A stretch of 64,000 nucleotides of DNA. Origin: Nanobdellota archaeon (GTDB taxonomy: Archaea > Nanobdellota > Nanobdellia > Pacearchaeales > GW2011-AR1). Location of the stretch: assembly GCA_038045825.1 (NCBI GenBank), contig JBBSXJ010000003.1, positions 75,437 to 139,436 of the forward strand. Direction: 5' to 3'. This document shows, piece after piece, positions 8,762-16,222 of this stretch (the stretch's first letter is position 1; the number at the start of each line of letters is the position of its first letter). The translations under genes were made by a program, and so were the position numbers. The notes under the pieces were generated by a model, which searched no databases, had not been told where the DNA came from, and worked only from the letters and a program-made list of their open reading frames with translations.

Positions 8762-9441
8762 TGGAAGAGAAAAAATTTGTAAAATTCAAACAAGATGAAC
8801 TTGGAATTAAAGAATATGTTAAACATTCTTTAGGAAAAGGAAGAATTAGCGATGTTTCAATTGAGTATACTCCAGTTGGAGAGAAGATAATTATTGCAAC
8901 AAACAGACCAGGTCTTGTTATCGGAAAGAGAGGAGAAAAAATAGAAGAACTAACAACTGTTTTAAGAAAGAGATTCCAACTTGACAACCCTCATATTGAT
9001 ATCAAAGAAATTTCTAATGAAGCTCTTGATGCACAACTTGTAGCTGACTCGATAGCTATACAGCTTGAAAGAAAAGGGTCTCTAAAATTCAAAATAATTG
9101 CTTACAAGGCTCTTGATAGTATAATGAAAGCTGGAGCTCTTGGTGTTGAATTAGCATTGTCTGGAAAACTCCCGAGTGAAAGAGCTAAGACATGGAGATT
9201 CCAACAAGGTTATTTGAAGAAAACAGGAGATCCTTCTAAAGTAGTTGAAAAGGCTATGGCTCAAGCAAGAACTCAAATGGGAGTTATAGGAATAAAAGTA
9301 AGTATACTTCCACCTAATGCCCATATACACGATCAGATCAAAGTTAATGATGCTTTAATGCATTTGATTCAGCAGAATAAAATTGCTATGAATGAAAAGC
9401 CAGTTAAGAAAGCAAAGAAGAAGAAGGGAGCTAGTGAATAA
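8761..9441 (+). CDS. rps3: 30S ribosomal protein uS3
   Basis: KH-domain motif VIGKRGEKIEELT; operon position. Confidence 0.95.
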   Translation: MEEKKFVKFKQDELGIKEYVKHSLGKGRISDVSIEYTPVGEKIIIATNRPGLVIGKRGEKIEELTTVLRKRFQLDNPHIDIKEISNEALDAQLVADSIAIQLERKGSLKFKIIAYKALDSIMKAGALGVELALSGKLPSERAKTWRFQQGYLKKTGDPSKVVEKAMAQARTQMGVIGIKVSILPPNAHIHDQIKVNDALMHLIQQNKIAMNEKPVKKAKKKKGASE

Positions 9442-9641
9442 TGGCAATTTTGAAAGCAAAAGAAGCTAGCAAGATGGATCAAAAAGCTAGAAATGAAAAG
9501 ATGAAGGAATTGAAGTTGGAATTAATGAAATCGCAAGCAGGAGCTCAGAAATCTTCAGGTAAAACCAAAGAGATAAAAAGGGCTATTGCACGCTTACTCA
9601 CATTCAACTCAGCCAACAAGGTTAAGGAGAAAAACAAGTAA
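9441..9641 (+). CDS. rpl29: 50S ribosomal protein uL29
   Basis: 66 aa, helical, ELKLELMKSQAG; operon position. Confidence 0.85.
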   Translation: MAILKAKEASKMDQKARNEKMKELKLELMKSQAGAQKSSGKTKEIKRAIARLLTFNSANKVKEKNK

Positions 9642-9941
9642 ATGGAAATAGACCCAAGAACAGGATTACCAATAGCTGGAATATCTTGGGAAGATTTGGC
9701 CAAAGGCCAACAGAAGATAAAGATAGCGACTGAAAAACGTCGTTATGGCAAGGTTATCACCCTTGTCTCAGGCTTTGACAAAGGCATTGATTTAAAAGCC
9801 ACTGCAAAGGCATTAAAGGAAGGACTCGCCTGTGGAGGGACAATAAAGGATCAGGTCATTGAACTTCAAGGAGATCACAAAAGACAAGCCAGAGTAATCT
9901 TAGTAAAAATAGGATTTTCTGATGAGTCAATTGAGGACTAA
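9642..9941 (+). CDS. sui1: translation initiation factor aIF1 / SUI1
   Basis: RRYGKVITLVSGF...ALKEGLACGGT... matches the SUI1 fold; commonly located here in archaea. Confidence 0.85.
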   Translation: MEIDPRTGLPIAGISWEDLAKGQQKIKIATEKRRYGKVITLVSGFDKGIDLKATAKALKEGLACGGTIKDQVIELQGDHKRQARVILVKIGFSDESIED

Positions 9942-9942
9942 T

Positions 9943-10263
9943 ATGGCAAAAACACAAAAAACAGAAATAAAAATTGAAAAGAAAACACCAGAAGTAGTTG
10001 GAACTAGAGGAAGAACATTTGAAGGAACAGTTGTAAAGAAATTTGACAAAAGAGCAGTTGTTGAATTTGATAGAACTGTAAAAGTTGCAAAGTATGAAAG
10101 ATTTATGAGAAAGACTACAAGAGTTCATTCTAGAATTCCTACAGGAATGAATGTTAATATTGGAGATTATGTTAAAGTTCAGGAATGCAGACCTTTGAGT
10201 AAAATGATTCACTCAGTTGTTATTGAAATAATGAGACCAGTATCTCAAGGAGTTGCAAAATGA
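9943..10263 (+). CDS. rps17: 30S ribosomal protein uS17
   Basis: ECRPLSK motif. I moved the start from the track's 9922 to ATG 9943, 1 nt after the SUI1 stop. Confidence 0.9.
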   Translation: MAKTQKTEIKIEKKTPEVVGTRGRTFEGTVVKKFDKRAVVEFDRTVKVAKYERFMRKTTRVHSRIPTGMNVNIGDYVKVQECRPLSKMIHSVVIEIMRPVSQGVAK

Positions 10264-10322
10264 AAGGACAAAAAATCTATATTTTTAACCTTTCATTTTC
10301 CCTGGAGGAAAGAGTAAAATGA
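10260..10322 (+). repeat. inter-cistronic repeat element, copy 2 of 4 (uS17|uL14 junction)
   Basis: ATGAAAGGACAAAAAATCTATATTTTTAACCTTTCATTTTCCCTGGAGGAAAGAGTAAAATGA; ATGA overlaps at both ends; GGAGG at 10304-10308. Confidence 0.9.
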
Positions 10323-10720
10323 AAGCTATACCTGCAAGAGCAACAAGAGGATTGAATATTGGAAGCGTAGTTGTAGCTAGTGATAATAGTGGAGCTAGAT
10401 TAGTTAGAATTGTTGGAGTTAAAAAAGGAAAAACAGGAAAAGGAACTCAACAGTATGCTAAAATGGCTGACTATGTTAAGGTTTCAGTTAGAGCTGGAAA
10501 GCCAGATATGAAGGGACAAGTTTTCGACGCTATCATTATCAGACAGAAAAAACCATACAGAAGAAATACTGGAGAAAGAGTAATGTTTGAAGATAATGCG
10601 GTATGTTTACTAAAAGACGAAAAAGGAAACCCTAAAGGTACATTCATTAAAGGACCAATAAGTAAAGAAGTTTTTGAAAGGTGGAAAGCTGTTGCAAAAA
10701 TAGCCCAATTCGTACTATGA
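10319..10720 (+). CDS. rpl14: 50S ribosomal protein uL14
   Basis: VVASDNSGARLVRIVGV motif. Confidence 0.95.
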   Translation: MKAIPARATRGLNIGSVVVASDNSGARLVRIVGVKKGKTGKGTQQYAKMADYVKVSVRAGKPDMKGQVFDAIIIRQKKPYRRNTGERVMFEDNAVCLLKDEKGNPKGTFIKGPISKEVFERWKAVAKIAQFVL

Positions 10721-11022
10721 CAAATGAAAAATTAATTAGTCTTGAAGGAAAAGTTGCAAACTTAGTCTACTGTAATTCAAGAGAACCAGATGCATCCGGT
10801 CTTCCTGAAAACTTTGTTTCACTTAAGATAAGAACTCGCAATGGGAGAGTCAATGTTTTGTTAACTGGTAAATATATCCCGCCTATACAAAATGAGACTT
10901 ATGTTGAAGTGATATTAGAAAAAGTTAGACTTAAACACAGGGAAACTGATGATTATGTAGTAAGATTTATGTGGGGAAAAGAATCTGAAAGTGGAAAAGA
11001 ATTCTGGGAGTATCAAGGTTAA
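10717..11022 (+). CDS. hypothetical protein embedded between uL14 and uL24
   Basis: 101 aa from ATG 10717 (the track starts at GTG 10681 inside uL14). ATGA overlap with the uL14 stop and 1-nt spacer to the uL24 ATG; no family recognised. Confidence 0.6.
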   Translation: MTNEKLISLEGKVANLVYCNSREPDASGLPENFVSLKIRTRNGRVNVLLTGKYIPPIQNETYVEVILEKVRLKHRETDDYVVRFMWGKESESGKEFWEYQG

Positions 11023-11023
11023 T

Positions 11024-11449
11024 ATGAGAACACAATTTTCTACATCATGGAAATCTAGTGAACAACCTAGAAAGCAAAGAAAATACAGATATGAAGCTCC
11101 TCTTCACATAAAGCATAAGTTTTTAAGCGCTCCATTATCAAAAGAATTACGCAAGAAGCACGGAATACGCTCATTGCCCGTTAGAACTGGCGACGAGGTT
11201 AACATTATGCGTGGAACATTTGCCGGCAAAAAAGCCAAAGTAATGAATGTTGAAGTCAATAAGTCAAGAGTAACTCTTGAAAACATTACAAGAAAAAAAG
11301 CAGATGGAACAAAGCTAAATGTGTATTTCAATCCAAGTAAATTGCAAATAATTGCGTTGAAGCTGGATGATTCGCGCAGATTGCCTTCAGGCAACACTGG
11401 CGGAACAAAGAAATCCGAGGAAAAAAACAATGCACCAAACACGAAGTGA
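11024..11449 (+). CDS. rpl24: 50S ribosomal protein uL24
   Basis: KOW motif VRTGDEVNIMRGTFAGKKAKV. Start moved to ATG 11024 (the track's 10991 overlaps the previous ORF). Confidence 0.9.
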   Translation: MRTQFSTSWKSSEQPRKQRKYRYEAPLHIKHKFLSAPLSKELRKKHGIRSLPVRTGDEVNIMRGTFAGKKAKVMNVEVNKSRVTLENITRKKADGTKLNVYFNPSKLQIIALKLDDSRRLPSGNTGGTKKSEEKNNAPNTK

Positions 11450-12047
11450 AGTCATTAAACAATTACCATTAGCAAGAAAAGGATCAAAATATGTAGCTCG
11501 CGCTATTAGGAATAGTTCTAATTCTGTACCTCTTATAGTTGCAGTAAGAGATATGCTTAAGCTTGCAAAAACAAGCAAGGAAGTTAAAGGAATGGTTCAT
11601 AACAAGAAACTTAAGATAAATGGTAAAGTTGCAAAGAACTTAACTGACCCTATATGCTTATTCTCAAGAATTGAAGCTGATAAAAATTATTTATTGACTA
11701 TGTTGCCTACAGGAAGATTCTCATTTGTTGAAACAAAAGACAATGAAAGAAAACTTAAGATTATGGGAAAAACAATGGTTAAGGGAAAGAAGCTTCAATA
11801 TTCTCTTCACGATGGAACAAGCATTGTATCTGACAAAGAATTCTCAGTTGGAGATACATTGATATTAAACAATGAAAATAAAGTCTCAAAACATATTGCA
11901 CTGGATAATGGAAAAGAAGTTTTTGCATTCTCTGGAAGTTATATTGGAAAACAAGGAAAAGTTCAGAATGTTTCGGGAAACAAAATAACTGTAAAGTTTG
12001 ACAAGGAGGAAGCTGTGATTGAAAAGTCACAAGTAATTGTAATATGA
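11430..12047 (+). CDS. rps4e: 30S ribosomal protein eS4
   Basis: MHQTRSEVIKQLPLARKGSKYV... typical S4e N-terminus; start moved to ATG 11430. Confidence 0.9.
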   Translation: MHQTRSEVIKQLPLARKGSKYVARAIRNSSNSVPLIVAVRDMLKLAKTSKEVKGMVHNKKLKINGKVAKNLTDPICLFSRIEADKNYLLTMLPTGRFSFVETKDNERKLKIMGKTMVKGKKLQYSLHDGTSIVSDKEFSVGDTLILNNENKVSKHIALDNGKEVFAFSGSYIGKQGKVQNVSGNKITVKFDKEEAVIEKSQVIVI

Positions 12048-12106
12048 AAGGACGAAAAATCTATATTTTTAACCTTTCATTTTCCCTGGAGGAAAGAGTA
12101 AAATGA
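12044..12106 (+). repeat. inter-cistronic repeat element, copy 3 of 4 (eS4|uL5 junction)
   Basis: 62/63 identical to copy 2 (single A to G change at element position 11); ATGA overlaps at both ends. Confidence 0.9.
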
Positions 12107-12624
12107 AAGCACAATTGGTTAATGTAATGAGAATTCCTAAAATAACAAGGGTTGTTCTTAGTGCTGGAGCTGTCGATAAAGATTTAGAAAAAGCAAAGAA
12201 ATTACTTGAAATGATTTCAGAGAAAAAAGCTCAAGTTACAAAATCTGGACCTAGAATGAGAATTCCTGCTTTTGGAGTTAAACCTAAAATGGAATTAGGC
12301 ACTAGTGTTACATTGAGGAAGAAAGAAGCTATTGAGGTATTAAAGAGACTACTAGGTGCTATTGATAACAAACTTAAGGTTTCTTCAATAGATAAAAATA
12401 ATTTTTCATTTGGCATACCTGAATACATTAACATACCTGGAGTAAAGTATCTTAGAGAAATAGGTATCAGAGGATTTAATGTAACTGTTGTATTTGAAAG
12501 ACCTGGATTAAGAGTAAAGAAAAGAAAAATTAAAACTGGTAAGGTTCCTAGCAGACAGCATGTGACTCAAGAAGAAATAATAGAATACATGAAAGATACT
12601 TTCAAAACGGAGATAATAGAATGA
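12103..12624 (+). CDS. rpl5: 50S ribosomal protein uL5
   Basis: MRIPKITRVVLSAGA... and operon position. Confidence 0.9.
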   Translation: MKAQLVNVMRIPKITRVVLSAGAVDKDLEKAKKLLEMISEKKAQVTKSGPRMRIPAFGVKPKMELGTSVTLRKKEAIEVLKRLLGAIDNKLKVSSIDKNNFSFGIPEYINIPGVKYLREIGIRGFNVTVVFERPGLRVKKRKIKTGKVPSRQHVTQEEIIEYMKDTFKTEIIE

Positions 12625-12851
12625 CCGCAAGCGATTGGAATAAAGTATTGAAACAGATCAGGAACAAACCAGCTATGGCTAAGAAATTCCTTAAATTTAA
12701 TAAGCCAAAGGATAGAAAAACAGGGGTAGCTGCGCAGAAATGTAAACGCTGCGGAAGATTTGGAGCTCACTTAAATCAATATGCTCTGCATTTATGCAGA
12801 CATTGCTTCAGAGAAATAGCTGAAGAAATAGGTTTCAAAAAATACTCATGA
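12621..12851 (+). CDS. rps14: 30S ribosomal protein uS14 (zinc type)
   Basis: CKRCGR...CRHCF zinc knuckles. The ATG at 12621 forms an ATGA overlap with uL5; an alternative internal start is 12675 (MAKKFLKF...). Confidence 0.85.
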   Translation: MTASDWNKVLKQIRNKPAMAKKFLKFNKPKDRKTGVAAQKCKRCGRFGAHLNQYALHLCRHCFREIAEEIGFKKYS

Positions 12852-13222
12852 GTCAAGACATTGTTTCAGACGGTTTAAATAGAATAATGAACGCAAAGTT
12901 AGCTGGGCAAACTAACATTACTTTGAAGCACCATTCAAAGTTCTTGCAAAATGTATTAGCAATAGGAAAATTAAAGAAATATATATCAGAATATTCAGTA
13001 ACTCCAAAGGGATTATATGTTGAGTTCAATACTCTTAACAGATGTAGAGCTGTAAAACCTAGATATATTGTAAAAGTAAAGGATATTGATAAGTATGTAA
13101 GAAGATACTTGCCTGCTAGAGGAATTGGAATCCTTGTTATATCAACAAGTAGGGGATTAGTTACTCACCAAACAGCTTTGGATAAAGGAATAGGAGGAAG
13201 CATTGTTGCTTATTTCTACTAA
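12848..13222 (+). CDS. rps8: 30S ribosomal protein uS8
   Basis: DGLNRIMNAKLAG N-terminus; operon position. Confidence 0.9.
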   Translation: MSQDIVSDGLNRIMNAKLAGQTNITLKHHSKFLQNVLAIGKLKKYISEYSVTPKGLYVEFNTLNRCRAVKPRYIVKVKDIDKYVRRYLPARGIGILVISTSRGLVTHQTALDKGIGGSIVAYFY

Positions 13223-13764
13223 TGAAAAACAACTATGAAACAACTGTTGAGATACCTGAAGGAATTAACTGCACTAGTTCAGGAACTACATTAAATTGTT
13301 CTAAAGGAAACACTCAATTAGTAAAGAAATTTGAGATTCACACAATTATTATATCTGTAAAGGGAAAGGAAATAGTTTTGACATGCAAGAAAGCAAATAA
13401 AAGAGGAGTTGCAAATGTTAATGCAATTGCTGCTCACATAAGAAACTTATTCCTTGGATTAAATGAGAGATTTGTATATGAAATGGAAATATGTAATGTA
13501 CACTTTCCTATGACTGTTAAAACGGATAAAGAAAATTTTATAATCACAAACTTTTTGGGAGAAAAGGTTCCTAGAAATGCAAAGATATTGTCTGGAGTTG
13601 AAGTAAAAGTTGCTGGAACTAAAGTTACTATTTCAAGCGCTGACATTGAGAAGGCTGGGCAAACAGCAGCTAATATTGAAAAAGCATCTAAAGTGACTAA
13701 GAAAGATAGAAGAATTTTCCAGGATGGAATATTTATCACTAAAAAACCAGGAGCTGAAAAATGA
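13222..13764 (+). CDS. rpl6: 50S ribosomal protein uL6
   Basis: 180 aa, two-domain beta-rich protein in the canonical position. Confidence 0.9.
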   Translation: MKNNYETTVEIPEGINCTSSGTTLNCSKGNTQLVKKFEIHTIIISVKGKEIVLTCKKANKRGVANVNAIAAHIRNLFLGLNERFVYEMEICNVHFPMTVKTDKENFIITNFLGEKVPRNAKILSGVEVKVAGTKVTISSADIEKAGQTAANIEKASKVTKKDRRIFQDGIFITKKPGAEK

Positions 13765-14117
13765 GTTTCTTAAGAAGAAGTACATTGAAACATTCAAGAA
13801 TGGGTCTTGGAAGACGTAAATTGCATAGATGGAGAAGGGCAGTTGGAAGACATAGCAAACTAAGAAAAAACAGATTTGGTTATACTAAGTCTCCTAGAAT
13901 AGGATTCAAATCCCCTAGATCTGAAAGTGGAAAAATAAATGGAAAAATACCTATCAGAGTAACAAACATGCAAGAAATGAATAAAGCAAACAAGGACAAC
14001 ATAATAATCATAGCTAGAACAATAGGTGTTAGAAAGAGAATTGAAATGATAAAAAAAGCAGATGAAATGAAAGTTGAAGTATTGAATATTAAGTCAAATT
14101 TTGGAGGAATTAAATAA
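13761..14117 (+). CDS. rpl32e: 50S ribosomal protein eL32
   Basis: HRWRRAVGRHSKLRKNRFGYTKSPRIGFKSP signature. Confidence 0.85.
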   Translation: MSFLRRSTLKHSRMGLGRRKLHRWRRAVGRHSKLRKNRFGYTKSPRIGFKSPRSESGKINGKIPIRVTNMQEMNKANKDNIIIIARTIGVRKRIEMIKKADEMKVEVLNIKSNFGGIK

Positions 14118-14530
14118 TGGATTTATATAAGAAAAAAGCTCTTGCGTCTAGAACTTTGAATGTTGGAATGGGAAGAATAAGATTTAACTCTAACAATATA
14201 AATGAAATCAAAGAAGCTATTACAAAGCAGGATATTCGTGACCTTGTAGCTGCTAAGGCAATATTTGTTAATCCAGTTAAGGGAAGAAAAGTAAATTCCC
14301 CTAGAAAGAGAAGAAGGGCTGGAAGCATAAGAATGAGACCTAACAGCAGAAAGAGAGATTATATAATATTAACGAGAAAGTTGAGAAGCTATTTAAGTGA
14401 AATAAGAAAACAAGGCAAAATTACAGATGAAGAATTTGCAACTCTTAGAAATGGAGTTAGAAGCAAGACTTTCAAGAATAAGAATAATCTAAAGGAGCAT
14501 ATACAAGTTATGCAGAAGGAGACTAAATAA
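14117..14530 (+). CDS. rpl19e: 50S ribosomal protein eL19
   Basis: LASRTLNVGMGRIRF N-terminus, basic C-terminus. Confidence 0.9.
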   Translation: MDLYKKKALASRTLNVGMGRIRFNSNNINEIKEAITKQDIRDLVAAKAIFVNPVKGRKVNSPRKRRRAGSIRMRPNSRKRDYIILTRKLRSYLSEIRKQGKITDEEFATLRNGVRSKTFKNKNNLKEHIQVMQKETK

Positions 14531-14531
14531 A

Positions 14532-14591
14532 ATGCAAGGACAAAAAATTGATATTTTTAACCTTTCATTTTATTCTGGAGGAGTAAAATAA
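14532..14591 (+). repeat. inter-cistronic repeat element, copy 4 of 4 (eL19|uL18 junction), diverged
   Basis: ATGCAAGGACAAAAAATTGATATTTTTAACCTTTCATTTTATTCTGGAGGAGTAAAATAA; 60 nt, same core, small indels near the 3' end. Confidence 0.85.
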
Positions 14592-14592
14592 A

Positions 14593-15075
14593 ATGCAAGG
14601 CGTACAAAAAACAGTAAGAAGAAGAAGACATGAAGGAAAAACTGATTACAAAGCTAGATTTTATCTTCTAAAATCTGGACAGGCTAGAGTTGTATTTAGA
14701 AAGACAAACAGATTTTTACAAGCTCAAATAGTTACTTCTGATATTGCTCAAGACAAAGTAATTATAACTGTAAGCACAAAAGACTTGCTTCAACACGGAT
14801 GGCCTGAAAAGCTTTCTGGAAGTTTAAAGAGTTTACCTGCAGCATATTTGATGGGATGCTTGCTTGCTAAGAAAACAAAGATTAAGAGTGGAGTTCTTGA
14901 TATAGGATTGCTTTCACACGTTCCAAAATCAAGAATATATGCATTCGTTAAAGGGATGAAAGACTCCGGATTTGAAATGCCTGTTAAAGAAGATGTTTTA
15001 CCTACTGATGAAATGATTAATCACAAAGAAGAAACAGCAAAGCTTATTAAACAACTTAAGGAGAAGCTGAAATGA
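14593..15075 (+). CDS. rpl18: 50S ribosomal protein uL18
   Basis: RRRRHEGKTDYKAR signature. Confidence 0.9.
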   Translation: MQGVQKTVRRRRHEGKTDYKARFYLLKSGQARVVFRKTNRFLQAQIVTSDIAQDKVIITVSTKDLLQHGWPEKLSGSLKSLPAAYLMGCLLAKKTKIKSGVLDIGLLSHVPKSRIYAFVKGMKDSGFEMPVKEDVLPTDEMINHKEETAKLIKQLKEKLK

Positions 15076-15809
15076 AAACTGAAGTAAAACAAGAAGAAAT
15101 TGGAATTGCACTAGAAGTTCCTAAGACTGAAGAGGAATTATTGGCTCAAGAAGTAAAAAAGGAAGAACAGACTCCTGTTTCTGCTTGGAATCCTAAAACT
15201 CAAATTGGTAAAGAAGTAAAGGCAGGAAGAATAAAAAATATTGATTCTATTCTTTTAAGTGGTAAGAAAATACTTGAGCCTGAAATTGTTGACAGTCTTA
15301 TTAGTTTAGAAAAAGATTTACTTTTAGTTGGACAATCAAAAGGTAAATTCGGAGGAGGAAAGAGAAGGGCTTGGAGACAGACTCAAAAGAAAACAATGGA
15401 AGGAAACGTACTTACATTCTCATCTATGGCTGTTGTTGGAGACAGAAATGGCCATGTTGGACTTGGACTTGGAAAATCAAAGGAAACATTACCTTCAAGA
15501 GAGAAAGCGGTTAGGCTTGCTAAACTTAATGTCATAAAAGTTACAAGAGGATGTGGAAACTTTGACTGTTCATGTTCTGAACCCCACAGCATACCATTCA
15601 TAGTTGAAGGAAAATGTGGAAGCGTTAAAGTTAAGTTGATTCCAGCACCTCAAGGAACTGGTCTTGTAATAGGCGATGAATGTAAGAAGATATTGAGATT
15701 AGCTGGAATAAGAGATGTTTATTCATATACTAAAGGATATGGAAGATCTACTATTAATTTCGCTAGCGCATGTATTGAAGCTCTAAAAAATACAAAGGTG
15801 TTAAAATGA
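15072..15809 (+). CDS. rps5: 30S ribosomal protein uS5
   Basis: VVGDRNGHVGLGLGKSKE signature. Confidence 0.95.
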   Translation: MKTEVKQEEIGIALEVPKTEEELLAQEVKKEEQTPVSAWNPKTQIGKEVKAGRIKNIDSILLSGKKILEPEIVDSLISLEKDLLLVGQSKGKFGGGKRRAWRQTQKKTMEGNVLTFSSMAVVGDRNGHVGLGLGKSKETLPSREKAVRLAKLNVIKVTRGCGNFDCSCSEPHSIPFIVEGKCGSVKVKLIPAPQGTGLVIGDECKKILRLAGIRDVYSYTKGYGRSTINFASACIEALKNTKVLK

Positions 15810-16222
15810 TAATTGTAATAAGAATATCTGGAATGGTTGACGTACCTGAAGATATAGATGCCGCATTGCATAGTATCAAACTTAGAAGAAAGTATTCTGC
15901 AATACTCATGCATGAAAGTCCTGAAAACTCCAAGTTGCTTAATAAAATAAGAAGTTTTGTTGCATTTGGAGAAGTATCAAATGAGAATCTTGTTAAACTA
16001 GTGTCTTTGAGAGGAGAATCAACAAAGAAAGGAAAAATAGATGCAGAATCAATTGTTAAAAATTTAGATAAAAAGTCATTAATTGAACAGGGAATGAAAC
16101 CATTCTTTAGATTGCACCCTCCTAGAAAAGGAATTGAAAGCAAGAAACACTTTGGAATTGGAAAAGGAGTTTTAGGAGATAATAAAGATCATATAAACGC
16201 GCTTCTGGAGAGAATGTTATGA
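15806..16222 (+). CDS. rpl30: 50S ribosomal protein uL30
   Basis: IIVIRISGMVDVPEDIDAALHSIKLRRKY; operon position. Confidence 0.85.
   Translation: MIIVIRISGMVDVPEDIDAALHSIKLRRKYSAILMHESPENSKLLNKIRSFVAFGEVSNENLVKLVSLRGESTKKGKIDAESIVKNLDKKSLIEQGMKPFFRLHPPRKGIESKKHFGIGKGVLGDNKDHINALLERML

Noticed and set aside
10257-10299. Claiming the left-arm/central-arm hairpin of the repeat element as a covariation-supported conserved RNA structure
   Set aside because: The two substitutions that hit the stem are not compensated: the central arm C to A in copy 1, and the left arm A to C in copy 4. The copy-4 change instead matches the downstream gene start. The hairpin remains a hypothesis, not a supported structure.
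6697-11022. Possibility that the two inserted operon ORFs (6697-7056 and 10717-11022) are paralogs
   Set aside because: I could not align them by eye beyond generic beta-strand-like patterns, so they are treated as unrelated.
10681-11429. Extended N-termini given by the ORF track for the 10681, 10991 and 11367 ORFs; likewise 9922, 16392, 40831, 59315..60001 and 4208
   Set aside because: The extensions overlap the preceding gene in another frame and begin at GTG/TTG or at upstream ATGs. Internal ATGs that form ATGA, TAATG or 1-nt junctions fit the operon-wide pattern and the expected protein N-termini.
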